64,000 nucleotides of DNA from Eledone cirrhosa (GCA_964016885.1 OZ024742.1:45136001-45200000); one strand, 5' to 3'; shown: positions 40,538 through 52,690, counted from the stretch's first letter. Notes: generated by a model from the letters alone, not told the origin. Made by a program: numbers and translations.

Positions 40538-40540
<3 letters not shown>
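37458..40540 (-). mobile_element. RTE-clade LINE, 5'-truncated within the APE endonuclease, with a (GAT)n tail
   Basis: GDLNGHVG and SQHRLI (APE); NYRGIKL, FVDLEKAFDRVP, GVHQGSVLSPLLF and LLYADDL (RT). In-frame stop at 38956-38958. Confidence 0.92.
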
Positions 40541-40608
<68 letters not shown>

Positions 40609-40701
40609 GTCAATCATTGTAAGTTTGAATATGACATGCAAAAACATATATATAGGAATAAGGTAAGCCCAAATCATAGTAGATTCAATTATCCCAGAGA
40701 G

Positions 40702-40779
<78 letters not shown>

Positions 40780-41081
40780 GAGGTGCAACAGAAATGAAAT
40801 ATGGATTACAGGTTAAAATATAGTCTAGATAGATGTGAAACAAAACGAGGATGTAGTTTAAGGATCACCCAAATGATTTAGAAGTCGACCTTAAGTAGGA
40901 TCAATAACATTAATAAAGACACGAACGACTCCACAACACTTTGTTTTTAAAATTTTGAAAGTATGTTTATGAGTATAAATTTTCATAAGATTTTCGTAGC
41001 CTAGCAGTAGGTACATACACCACAACATAAGCTTTGTTTTCTTGCATTGTCAACAATAGCCTCGTAGCAGGTTATTGAAAT

Positions 41082-41344
41082 AATTGTTTCTACTTTAGGC
41101 ACAAGGCCAGCAAATACCCAGTACATTACTGGTACTTTAATTTATCAACCCCGTAAGGATGAAAGGCAAAGTTAACCTCGGCGGGATTTGAATTCAGACT
41201 GTAAAGGGACGTAACTATGCTAGAAAGCATGGCGTCCAACCCTCTACCGATACTGCCAATTCACCGCCCTGCAGGTTATTGAAATAATTGTTTCTACTTT
41301 AGGCACAAGGCCAGCAAATACCCAGTGCATTACTGGTACTTTAT
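41082..41344 (-). mobile_element. Two tandem SINE copies (one full, one 5'-truncated) at the site paralogous to 27386
   Basis: TSD-like GCAGGTTATTGAAATAAT occurs three times, bounding the two copies. Confidence 0.87.
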
Positions 41345-41454
41345 TGCAGGTTATTGAAATAATAAATATATTTAAGTATCGATCTTGTTTTATTTGTTCA
41401 TTCAACGACATTTCACACAACGCTTCATGTAGGACAGACCAACACTATATATAA

Positions 41455-41635
41455 CAGTCCTGACAACCTCTAAAACCCCAAATGGGGAGTATCATAAAAA
41501 AGGTGCCCCAAAACGGGGAGAAATGAGGCAAAATGGGAGATTTTACATAATGAAAGCTATACCCATTTTCACAATAGAAGACATCTCTCACCCACCCCGA
41601 TGTGGGAGGGAGATTCCCCGTCGGACGGGGAGAGG
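41455..41635. mobile_element. Small DNA-transposon-like insert with terminal hairpins; inverted partial copy at 44067-44192
   Basis: Absent from the paralog at ~27835-27855. About 115 bp are shared in reverse complement with 44077-44192. Confidence 0.55.
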
Positions 41636-43027
41636 CAACAACATTACGACTACAACATTTGCCACGCCAAAGTAAACAACAATACCAAACCCGATACCAA
41701 AACTTCTCACGCTACAACCAAATAACTCTCCATCGCTTCAAACCAACAACTAGGTTCCTCAGATTCTGAATTTCTTTCTATGTTACTCTGTTTTCTCATC
41801 CTAAATGTTTTTATTGTGTTATGCTTGCTAGTGTCTTGTTTAATTTGATATTCTGTTATTTATGGAATGCGTAGAAAGTATATGGACAAACAAACACGTG
41901 TGTTGAAGCTCGTGTGCGTGTTGCCGGATTTAGGTCAAGTCTTACAATTTGACAATAACCTAGAGGACAGATTCTTTATAGTCAGCTATACTGATTACGT
42001 TTGCCTTACACATACCAATAAGAGAGCCTCTCTCTGTATGACAGTACGACCTGCTAGAGATGGTAGCCAAATATACTCTCAAATCGCAGCCTGCCATCTT
42101 TAAAAAGTGAAAGATATATTCGATAATTGTAATTCTAGATAATTGGCGAATGGTTAAGAAGTTCGCTTCACTATCATAAAGTCTCAAGTTCGATTCCTGT
42201 AGATGGCATCTTGGCAAGTGTCTTTCACCATAACTTCGAGCATTTCTTTGGCGTGAAACACGGAGATTGGATTATCTAAGCTAAAACGCGTGTTCTTAGG
42301 CACAAGAGAACGAAAGCCGAACAAAGGACCTGAGTGGTACAGGCGCAACGTGTTAGCAAAGACCAGGATGGGCATAGGCTATCCGATTCTATATAAATGT
42401 GTGACCTTTTTCAGTAATACTTTGCACGGCCTTTCGTGGAATGCGATGCACTAGAGAGGGAGAACTTCAATATTTACCTCGGAAATCTGCAGCGATTCTC
42501 ATTAGGAAAGGTGACGTGCCACGAAAAGCCACAAATGGCTGCTGATATACTGGCTTAATTTGTTTGGCCACGTAGATATTCAGTTCCTTTGTTCAGGAGG
42601 ATTGGCTATCTGGAGATCATCGGCAAATTGTCAGGAGATAACTCGCTTCAGAAAAATTAGTTAGTCTCCAGCTGTTAGGTAGGCAGTCGATCTTTTCGTT
42701 CCATCAAACAGGACAATGTAGTTGTTAATCAAACACTTCGGACAGCTGATCGAGGCAACTATATTCACGTTCGATTTGAACAAAGTTTAGTCCCATTTAT
42801 GTTTTCTGAATATGCACACACTCATACACATCACACCAATCAACTGTCAATATCTTTGTTTTCCTATATTGTCACAATAACTTCGAAGCAAGTTATGAAG
42901 TAATAAAATTATTAAAGTAGCAGATCTAGTTAATCGTTCATTTGTAGCGAAATCTTGACGCGTTTTCTCACGATGGTTTTTTTTGGTGGGGGTGTCTGCC
43001 ACACACAACCATCTTAATACTGACCTA

Positions 43028-43370
43028 CGACCTAAGAGTACGGGGTTCGAGTACGCCTGAGGTCTCGATGGCGGCCGGTGCGAAGAGGAAGCGGCAGGAC
43101 AATCCCTGGTATTTGTTTGTCGTCCTTTCCTCTGCATTGCAGGCCGCAGTACCGGGGTTTGTGGCCGAAGCAACTAAGTTGGAGGCGGAGAACTTGTTAC
43201 ATGTGGCATCCAAGATGAGGTATCTACCTCCTTCGAATGGGAAGAGGGTGATTCCATCGAGGCGCTTGCCGTCTCCGCAGTCAAGGCCTGCTGGCTCCAG
43301 TTGTAATGGGAAGCCAACTGCGTCCAAGTTCCCTCTTAATATGTCGTTGAGAGCGGGATGTCGGGAGAAC
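43028..43370 (-). pseudogene. CRE-like non-LTR retrotransposon RLE fragment (others: 45300-45782 +, ~59600-59742 -, ~63300-64000 +)
   Basis: RHPALNDIL...LEPAGL..DGKRLDGITLFP...LILDATC; RHTELNLILKRAL...LEPSGLFRSDKKRPGGLTL; EGAWMIQRISLAITRVNA; SAWVHALP...LRLGL. Confidence 0.7.
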
Positions 43371-43379
43371 GTCCATGTC

Positions 43380-43820
43380 TCACAGCCATGAACTTTGTTT
43401 ACCTTTTCAGCACTTGCTGCCTGGATCCTACATTCGATGTCTTTGCTGGCTGTTTCATCTTCGGCTAAGACTTCTCCGTGGTTGGGAAATTGAAACACTC
43501 TCTACCTTCATCCCTCGAATTCTGATGTTGGGGTCAGGTCCATTTAATCCTGGGGTGTGATAGATCAAGATTTTAGTCTTATTCACATTTACTGTGAGCC
43601 AAACCACTTGTATGCATTGGTATAATTCCTCACAGATCTTTCGGTCAGTCACTTTGAAGGCCGTGGTGTTTTTCTTAGATTGAAAGCGGGCAGTATTGAA
43701 GAGGTCCCCATCAAGTCGGTAGTGCAGATAAACACTCCAGGGCTGCCAGGAGGGAGTTCAAACATCATGGCTACTAAATAGATGGAGAAAAGCGTAGGTG
43801 CCAAGAAACAGTCCTGTTTT
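43380..43820 (-). pseudogene. Degraded RTE RT fragment
   Basis: LTVNVNKTKIL, KDIECRIQAAS and HGCETWT remnants. Confidence 0.55.
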
Positions 43821-44297
43821 AAGGCGATGACACAGGACCGTGATCTCTGGTGCTATGCAGAAGACCCGCCTCCCTATATGGACCGAGGCTTACATCTAGA
43901 TTGCGCCACCTTCCCTTTCATCACCCCACCACATACATTGTAACACTCCACCCCTACATCTACATCACCAATCCCTATGCACCTCCCCACACTATAAAGT
44001 GGTCATCTTGGTGCCACGACAACGAGCACCCAGTTAGACCACACTGTAAAGTGGTCGTGTAGGTGCAGACCTGTCAACTCTCCCCGTAGGACGGGGAGAT
44101 CTCTCACCCACTCCAAAGTGGGTGAGAGATGTCTTCTTTTGTGAAAATGGTTATAGCTTTCATTATGAAAAATTTCTCCGTTTTGCCTCATTATAAATAT
44201 GTATATATTTAATTCTATAACATTAACATTTATTCAAAGGCACACACGCACACCGTCATATGCACACACACATATGCACATATATTACTTGTATATG

Positions 44298-44861
44298 CAG
44301 AGGCGACGGAACTGGTGGGTAGAGGAGGTGTTATACAAAACACCAATCATTATATTTTCCTCACAAATCCCGCCGAGGTTGACTTTGCCTTTCATCCTTA
44401 CGGGGTCAATAAAATAAAGTACCAGTAATGCACTGGGTAATTGCTGGCCTTGTGCCTAAAGTAGAAACAATTATATTTTCCTCACAAAACTACTAAAACA
44501 CACATCTAATTGTATATGCGCTACAATTTATGTACATGTTATGTTTATCGCATATCGAAGTTTTATTTTTACATCTTGGTTGATATTTGATAACCTTCAT
44601 AGTAAATTTTTTTTATCATGTCATAACTTTTTCTCCACGTATCACTATTTGCCAATTACTAGATGTGTATTCAGAGACAGATTTCATAGGTCATTTTGCT
44701 ATAATCACTTTATAATTATTGAAAGCTGTAAATGTAATATAACTTGCTTGGACACAAATCGCATTTTCTGACTATTTTAGAGTGCAAAGAGCTAAACTAA
44801 TCACTACAACTAAATTGACCAAATCCCCCTCCCCGATTTAGAAATGCTTCCACCGCACTTG
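44298..44861. mobile_element. hAT-like MITE carrying a SINE (44367-44473); a second copy is split as 59361-59475 and 61635-61770
   Basis: Ends CAGAGGCGACGGAAC / GCTTCCACCGCACTTG and CAGGGG...CGCCCCTG. Internal TGTATATGCGCTACAATTTATGTACA and TTTTAGAGTGCAAAGAGCTAAA are shared. SINE TSD is ATTATATTTTCCTCACAAA. Confidence 0.65.
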
Positions 44862-45159
44862 TATTCTTCCCCAAACTCTCACACTCACATCCACACATAC
44901 ATACACACACACGTACACCTACACACATACACACACACCACCTTCTGCCCTCCCCGCTTGGACCCCAATTCCCCCCCCCCTCCCTCCATCCACCCACACC
45001 ACCTCTACATGCCTCACACCCTTTCACCACTTGTTTTAATTTTAATTTTTTTCCCTCATTTTAATTCTTTTTCCTTCCTTTTAATTCCCCCCCCCCTTTT
45101 AATGTCTTTCCACCACTCCCCCTCACACCCTCGGAACTCTTTTCCTTCCCGCTTTTCTC

Positions 45160-45185
45160 CCGATGAAGGGCTTAAGCCCGAAACG
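45160..45185 (+). ncRNA. Degenerate hammerhead-like motif
   Basis: CCGATGA-AGGG-CTTAAG-CCC-GAAAC has one core mismatch. The 3' side is lost in a C run. Confidence 0.35.
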
Positions 45186-45998
45186 CCCCCCCCCCCCCAC
45201 TCTCAAGCGTGAACCTAATACCAACACTGTTTGTACTGCACTCTTCGTTATTGTTTTTTATTTTTGTTTTTTTACTACTATATATATATACATATATATA
45301 TGGGAGCTGACGTCTGTACGGGTTTGAGGTGTCCTTGTAGCAAACTCCTCGACTCCACAGACCTCCACGGTCTTTCTTGCCGCCTGAATGCCAGTCGTTT
45401 CACGCGTCACACGGAGCTAAACCTTATTCTCAAGAGAGCTTTGGCTTGGGCAAACATCCCTTCAATCTTGGAACCATCTGGGTTGTTCAGGAGTGATAAG
45501 AAAAGACCTGGCGGCCTTACCCTGTGCCCCTGGTCTGGGACGAACGGAGCAAAACCCTAAAATACTGTGATCTGTCGGCCAACTACGTTTTCCAGCCTGT
45601 GGCTTTCGAGACGTTCGGGGAAATCGGGCTGCTGACCGCGACTTTCCTAGCTTTACTGGCGATCCGCCTAACAGAGGTAACTGGTGAATCTCGCGAGGGC
45701 GCTTGGATGATCCAACGCATCAGCCTGGCCATCACTCGAGTTAACGCCACGAGCGTGCTGGCTTGCCTAAAAAATCGTTAGAGAGGTGCTCCTCGCGATA
45801 TTGCTATCTTTTTCTCTGGTAGTGGCTCGGTTGTCCACAATCTTTTATATTTTATTCGTTTGTGCTCTCGTTCTCTCTATCTCAATGCCCCTTGAGGGCG
45901 ACCGGCTAAAGTGGAAGATGCTAGATGGTCGGTCGTCCTGGGTCTATGATTTTCAGCCCCATGGATTTTATCTGTTACATTCATTTATTATATTTCGA

Positions 45999-46056
45999 AT
46001 ACCTGATGATATCACCGGATTCATACAGAACCCGGTCATTGAAATGATCATAGTAT
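45999..46056 (+). ncRNA. Minimal type I hammerhead ribozyme
   Basis: ATAC-CTGATGA-(ATCACCGG...CCGGTCAT)-GAAA-TGATCA-TA-GTAT. Stem III is palindromic (ATGATCAT). Confidence 0.75.
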
Positions 46057-46267
46057 AATAAACCTTTCAAGGATTTACACAAGTCCAGCCTCTTGTTATT
46101 TTATTATAATATTTAACTCCGTACTCGCACCACCAACTACACAAACGAAGACGGTTGAGCTGCTTTACGTTGAGTACTCTCCATGTTATTACATCAAGAT
46201 TGACCATACGGAATGACCAACTCTATACAGTGGTGAACCTTCAAACCTATATATATATATATATATA

Positions 46268-46466
46268 TTTAATATAGATGAGATTCTACAGGACTAGAAC
46301 TGTTTCATTCTTTAGAAATCATCAGGAATCTCAGAGATTCCTGATGATTTCTAAAGAATGAAATCGTTCTAGTCCTGTAGAATCTCATCTATATTAAAAC
46401 TTTTATACTCTGCAATGTATTGAGTACCTTACTTACTGTGGTTACCTCCGACTCAACCCGGAATAA

Positions 46467-46470
<4 letters not shown>
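46268..46470 (+). mobile_element. Near-perfect 131-bp palindrome of two back-to-back hammerheads plus a ~70-nt tail, in (TA)n
   Basis: Arms 46268-46332 and 46334-46398, 1-nt centre, 2 mismatches. Confidence 0.88.
46280..46332 (-). ncRNA. Type I hammerhead ribozyme, GUA cleavage site (mirror copy 46334-46386 on + has a 2-nt stem III change)
   Basis: The minus strand reads GAGATTC-CTGATGA-TTTCTAAAGAAT-GAAA-CAG-TTCTAGTC-CTG-TA-GAATCTC. Confidence 0.82.
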
Positions 46471-46533
<63 letters not shown>

Positions 46534-46748
46534 GAATGCTATGGTTGACGGAGGCTCGGCTCTGTAAGGTATTGTAAATTTTGACCGCTATAACAATTGT
46601 AAATTGTTTAAAACTTTAACCAACTTGTAGACAAAAACACCCGCCTCCTCGTGAGAGGGGTCTTTCTGCCCGTTATTTGGCCCTTCGGGGTTAAATAACC
46701 GCTTATTGGGGTTCTGTGCCCAATATTTATTTTAAACAAAAAAACAAC

Positions 46749-48851
46749 ATGGCTACGAAAAAGAATTTTCATAGGTCACTCCCACTCATTCCGTCTTCTT
46801 CTTCTTCAATCGTCACTACAGCAGAGAGAAGATTGTCTCTCTCCCTCCCTTCTCTAAATGTGTCTCTCTCCCTCCCTTCTCTTTCGCAAGCGACGCCAGC
46901 AAAGAAAAATCACGTGCAAAGCGTGCAAATTTCTCCACGACGACAACGACGAAAAAGGTGTGCGGGAAATACGAAAACCCATTTCATTCGTCTGACGTCA
47001 GGAATAATAGCAGTAGCAGCCGTAATAACAGCAGCAACAGTGACAAGGAAAACAACAGTAGCAGCCGCAACAACATCAGCAACAGCATAAACAACAACAG
47101 CATTAGCAGCAACAACAACAGCAGCAGCAGCAACAACAACAACAACAGCAACAGCGGCGGCGGCAGTAGTCGTAGTACCTGCAGCAACAACAAAAGTAAC
47201 AGCAGCTCTGACGACAGCAACAACAACAACAATAGCAAAGAAAAATCAATCTCGTTTGCAGGTATCGCAAAGAACCTGGAAACCATCCTTATAACAAATG
47301 AGGAATTAGAGGAAGCGACAGAAACCGGACACCGAGCAATCTGCAAGGCAGCCGAAAAATTTTTCGAAACCCAACAGCACTGTACGGTCACGTACCGTAC
47401 AGTAAGTACAAAATCCCGTAGGGTTGAAAGAGCCACAGAGGCTTAAATACAAAAAGTCTTGGTATCTGTGTGGCAGCGGAAAACGCACATCACCCGAGGC
47501 AAGAAATATACCACCGTAGACGTACTTTTTGCCACACCCCAGGAGGCAAAGGCTCAATCCTTAGTGACCCTAAGGAGCGAGGAAATGGTGTTTGTGCCCT
47601 CCTACTGCGGGCAAAAAATTGTGAGGGTCAAACTGACCCACGCCCCCCCCCCCCCCCCTCCGGGATGGCCCCTTCTTGGCTGGTCGCGTCTGTCCTCGTC
47701 GGAACCGAGGACAAAACAACTGTACTGCAAGTACAGAAAAAAGTAAGAGAAGATTGGGACGGCACCTCTATTGAGATGTTAATCCAAACCAACCAGGAGT
47801 GCATCGAAGCTATCCCGGATCTGATAGACTTCGATAACGGCACTCAACTGCCCATAAGTGTTGAGGGCAAACGCCCGAAATGCTTTCGCTGTGGATCGAA
47901 GACTCACCTCAGGGCCTTCTGCAACGAGAAGACCCTGAGAAAGGAGAAACCCCCCCTCCTTCCGAAACCGGCTCCACGGCTACCAGCAACAGGACAAGCG
48001 GCAACCAGGAACGATAGGTCCGTGGCACCCATACCCACGCCACGGAAATCAAAAACAGCAGCAGCAGTGGAAGTATTAACAACAACAACAGCAATACCAA
48101 ATGTAGCTGCAACAGAGACTCCAGTGCAAACATCACCAACAACAACAAGTGAAAGAGTGGAGCTGGTACCCCTCCCCGACCTCACAGAATCAGACATGGA
48201 GTGTGAGGTGGGAGAGGGATGGCAAAAGGTCGTAAGAAGGCACAAACGCAGAAGCAGCGCATCGTCGCCTTCGAAAAGATAGGAAAGAAATGAAAAAAGG
48301 GTAAAGGCTACTGCAAAGAGACTCACAGCAGCAACACCATCACCACCCACACTAGCACCACCATCACCACCGGCGACAACCCCACCGCCAACAACAACAA
48401 CAACACCTTCAACACCACCACCACAAGCACCAACATCGCAAACACAACAAGAAAACACACCCAGCAACAACGACAAGAAAATAGCAGACCCCCCCCCCCG
48501 AAAAACAAATGCACGGCAATAAATACACACAACAAGAAACTAATGACTTACATAATTGAACACACAGGCATTTCACAACACGACTACATAATACCAGCAC
48601 CAATCAAAACGCCAACTAACATAAGACTGTTAAAAATAGCACAGAAACAATACACAAACATTAAAACGAAATTCCCCAACGCAGTTGGTGATTTCAGAGA
48701 CCTAGGAGGGACTCTCAACCGAAGAGTATATTCGGACATACTCATAGAAGAGCCGACGACCAGCCCAAGGGACGATTCAACGGTCCCTTTACCAGACGAT
48801 CAAGTGAAAAGGGATGGAAAAGCCATCCCTCCTCTACGAAAAGTACGGTAA
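46749..48851 (+). pseudogene. Tx1 ORF1 (gag-like, CCHC zinc knuckle), broken by stops and frameshifts
   Basis: CFRCGSKTHLRAFC, an Asn/Ser low-complexity N-terminus and GWQKVVRRHK. Stops at ~47444 and ~48280. Confidence 0.8.
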
Positions 48852-48886
48852 GTGGTCTTTCCCATCTTTTCCACTCTATTTTAAAC

Positions 48887-51800
48887 ATGACCTCACTCAG
48901 AATAGGCAGCATAAATGCGCGTGGCTTGGGGTCGTCATGGAAGCAGGGTCACCTGCTCAACGACCTCAGGTCACTAAACATAGATGTAGTGGCCATCAGC
49001 GAGACCAGAATCTCCGAAGCACGGGCCTTCGCACCGATCTTCGGCGGCTACGATGTGTACGCATCTCCCAGCCGTCCTGGATCGGGGGGATGAGTTGCTG
49101 TGCTTTTTCGGAGAGGTTTGGATCTCGCCATACGGGCCATCTTCCTGGACCCAGAGGGTAAGTTGGTGGTGCTGGACGTGACCAGCGGAGACGGGCAAGC
49201 TTTCAGGCTAGTGGCCGTCTATGCCCCGACAGGAGCAGGGCGGCCTGATTTCTTCCGGCGTCTGGAGACCTTTCTTGGAACGTCCCGCTCTTTAGTGTTA
49301 GTGGGCGACTGGAACGGGATCTTAGATGCACGCTGGGACTGTGTGGGATTAGCGGATAGGGGTGGAGGGTGCAAGAGCCTCACCAACCTGCTCAGGCGTT
49401 TTGAACTGTCTGACAGGTACCGATTGGATTTCCCGAATGTGCCAATGTGGACTTGGACAAATCGCATAGGGTCATCCAGATCATATCTAGATAGAGTATT
49501 TTGTAGGGAAATAGATAGGTCTAGCATAGGCTGTCCACAATTCAAGATAGTCAGCTACACGGACCACAAATTCGTGATCTGTGTGCTTGACTTAGATAGG
49601 CTTCATAGACAAGGACCCGGCTACTGGAAGCTAAACGCGTCCTTACCAGCGCGCAAGGCCTACAGAGACCGGATTAGCGAACTAGTTAAGCGGGCGTTGA
49701 CGGGGGCCATCGTCAACAACAAGTGGTGGTTTGCTCTGAAAAGAGCGATTAGAATAGAATCCATTAGGTTTAGTAAGGCTTTAGCAATAGAGAAAAATAG
49801 AGCAGAGGGAGAACTAGTTAGAAAATTAGACGAGGCGCTTAGCAAAGGCATTGCGACCGACGTGCTTGCGGCGAAATTGGCCCTTGACCAATTCTTCAAT
49901 GCAAAGCACGAAGGCTGCGTTGTCAGAGCTAGGGTGCGTGCTCTCAGACACGAGGGGACGAAAGCCGTTCAATGGGCCCGAGTGGCGGAGGCGCGTCGTG
50001 GCAACAAAGCCACGATCCGGTCTTTGGTGGACCACGACGGGCGCATGCTACTCGATCCCGGGCAAATGTGTGAAGCTTTTCAGCGACACTTCGCTCAGCT
50101 GTTCGGGGGCAGCGGGGGGCCGGGTAGAGGGATGGACTTTAGTGTCTACCTCGACGGACTGCCGCGGCTCTCGGCCACTGAGGCGAAGTGTTGCGAAAAG
50201 CCGATAACAGCCGCTGAAGTAAGGGAGGCAATGACTGGCTGCACAAGGGGCAAATCGCCTGGTTTGGATGGTCTGCCCTATGAACTTTACGTACAGATGC
50301 CAGACTTGTTCGGAGGCCTCTTGGCGGACGTCTACTGCAACTGGCAACAGAACGGGAGAATTCCCAGTTCTGTGAGCCGAGGAGCGGTGGCACTGCTGAG
50401 AAAGGATCCGAACAAGGGGGATAACATAGAAAATTTCCGGCCCATAACTCTGCTAAACACAGAGTTTAAGATTTTGGCCAAGGTGATAGCAAAGAGGTTG
50501 GCGCTTGTCGTTGGTGGTCTGGTGGGAGAGGCGCAGACATGCGCCATTCCCGACAGATCCATCCACAACAACCTCCACCTCATGCGATACATCGTAGAGA
50601 GGGTAGCTAGGGAACCTGGCACGGGTGGGTCCTTGATCAATTTAGATCAGTCGAAAGCTTTCGATAGGGTCGATCATCGTTACCTAGCGGCAGTCCTGAG
50701 GGCGGCTGGCTTTGGGCCCGTCTTCAGAGGCTGGATCGCTGCCATGCACAGCGACATCTGCTCTGTGGTGAGAGTGAACGGTCACCTGTCGGAACCGTTC
50801 AACATCATGCGCTCGGTCCGCCAAGGATGTCCCCTCTCGTCCCTCTTGTACGTATTGACTCTCGAGCCATTACTGCACAAACTGGAGACGTTGAGGGGAG
50901 TCCCGCGCGAACTAGGATGCGGAAGATCCGTGTCAGCATATGCGGACGATGTCACCGTAGTGGTGTCGAACGCCAAACACATCGAGGCGATCGGCACTAC
51001 ACTAAGAGAATACGAAGCGGTGACAGGAGCAATGATCAACCAGGAAAAGTCAGTGGGCCTGCAGCTCGGCACCTGGAGAGGCAGGTCCATGCCGTCCAAC
51101 AGCGTCATCGGACGCTGGACGGACGGACCGGTTAAATTGCTAGGGGTCTGGTTCGGTCCGGACCTCCAGACGGACAAAAACTGGGACGAGGTGACGAGCA
51201 GGGTGGCTTCTCTCACCCAGAAATGGGCGGAGAGGAAGCTATCCCTGAAAGGTCGAGCGGAGGTGGCTAACGCGTACATCGCGTCTGTCATCTGCTACCG
51301 CCTAACCGTCGTACCTTGTCCTAAGCCTCGCCTGACTGCGCTGGAGCGTTTGCTCTTTCGCTTTTTGTGGAAGGGACGTGCTCCGATGGTCAGGCGGTCC
51401 ATCTGTTGTCAACACCCGCTACGTGGAGGGCTGGGCATGCCGTGGCTGATGATGCGCAGGCACGCGCTCAGGCTACGACATCTCCACCTCTTCCTCGACG
51501 GTGATCAGGTGTGGTCGCCGTTTGCTAGACGCGTTTTTCCCCAGCTCGTTTCCTTGACGGAGCTGCAGTCCTGGGTCAAGCGAAGACCGAGAGGGAGCGT
51601 CTGGAGACTGGAATGTCTTCAGGCGCTCACAGCCCTCGACCAATCGGGCAATGTGATCGGTGGAAACTCCACCTCGGCGTTCTATAGAGGATTAGTGGAG
51701 GGGAAGAGCGACGACGTACTTGGGGAAACTCTAGGCGTCGACGAAAATCAACTAGCCAATCTCTTCGGAAGAACTTTCGGGCCAGGGCCTATGGACAACT

Positions 51801-52306
51801 TCCAGAAATCTCTGGCCTGGCAGTGCTACCGAGGAGCCTTGCCAGTTCGGGATAAACTCTACAGGCATGGAGGTGCCGTCACCCGGGCATGTCCGAGATG
51901 CGCGCAGGGCGACGAAACCGTCCTGCACGCACTCGTCCAGTGTCCGAAAATTGCTGACTTGTGGGTTTATGTCGAACACCTGCTGTCGCGTTTAGGACGG
52001 ATCCAGCTATCATCTGAGTCTATCGTGAGGATTGCCCCGCCCTCCTCCTTTAGCCGGGAAGGGCAGGCAGTTTTTATCTGTCTGGTGGCCATGGCGAAAG
52101 AGATAGTATGGTGGACACGTTTGAAAGGGCTGAAGACGAGCACTTACCTCTTCGGTGATGCTCTGATTGACTTTTTCAAATTTCATTTGAAAAGGAAAAT
52201 CAGAGTAGAGAAGGAAGTGCTCTCTTCCCAGCATTTTGTTGAAAGATGGGTGAGAGAAGCAAGAATGGCCCGAGTGAATGGGCCGACTCTGAGTATATAT
52301 CTGTAA
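48887..52306 (+). CDS. Tx1 ORF2: APE endonuclease, reverse transcriptase and C-terminal zinc finger; one break at the G run at ~49085-49093, then 1068 uninterrupted codons
   Basis: SINARGL, ISET, VYAP, GDWN, SYLDR, YTDH; GYWKLN, KSPGLDGLP, FRPITLLN, DQSKAFDRV, RQGCPLS, AYADD; CPRC..ETVLHALVQC. Confidence 0.93.
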
Positions 52307-52566
52307 ACTAAAGGTGGAAAACTGGGAGAGGGCACTTGCCTTGGTGGTCAGGGTCATTGTGGCTTTTTACTGGGCTTTCTCCACAAATGTCCCTCCGAAG
52401 TCTCCCCCCTATTGGGGAATTTTTCATTGTTATTTTCATTGTTATTTTTGTTACATCCTCTGTTTTTGTTTTTTTACACGCAGAAATGCCCATTTGTACC
52501 GTCCTGCATTGTCCTGCACTGTCCTTAATGTCTACTTTTTGTAAACCCTTGTGGTTAATAAAGAAA

Positions 52567-52609
<43 letters not shown>

Positions 52610-52610
52610 A

Positions 52611-52690
52611 GGGCGGTGGATTGGCAGTATCGGTAGAGGGTCGAACGCCATGCTTTCCAGCATAGTTACGTCCCTTTACGATCTGAGTTT
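52611..52690 (+). mobile_element. 5' half of the tRNA SINE, fused to Tx1 copy 2
   Basis: GGGCGGTGGATTGGCAGTATCGGTAGAGG...GATCTGAGTT is followed directly by ORF1 sequence. Confidence 0.85.

Larger units (their letters stand above)
46534..52568 (+). mobile_element. Full-length L1/Tx1-like non-LTR retrotransposon, family A copy 1 (~6.0 kb), in (ATT)n
   Basis: 5' UTR, ORF1, ORF2 and a 3' UTR ending CCTTGTGGTTAATAAAGAAATC. (TTA)n lies immediately on both sides. Confidence 0.92.

Noticed and set aside
41522-44192. 2.7-kb DNA transposon defined by ~115-bp inverted repeats
   Set aside because: The terminal-looking ends point inward, there is no TSD or transposase, and the left copy is a discrete insert in the duplicated segment. 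Two separate small copies explain it better.
44930-45200. Pro/His-rich ORF 44844-45212 and C-rich tract
   Set aside because: Low complexity with excess C runs, possibly a base-calling artefact over a decayed repeat.
49219-52357. Antisense and alternate-frame ORFs over Tx1 and RTE ORF2
   Set aside because: Shadows of the GC-richer RT coding frame, with no independent motifs.
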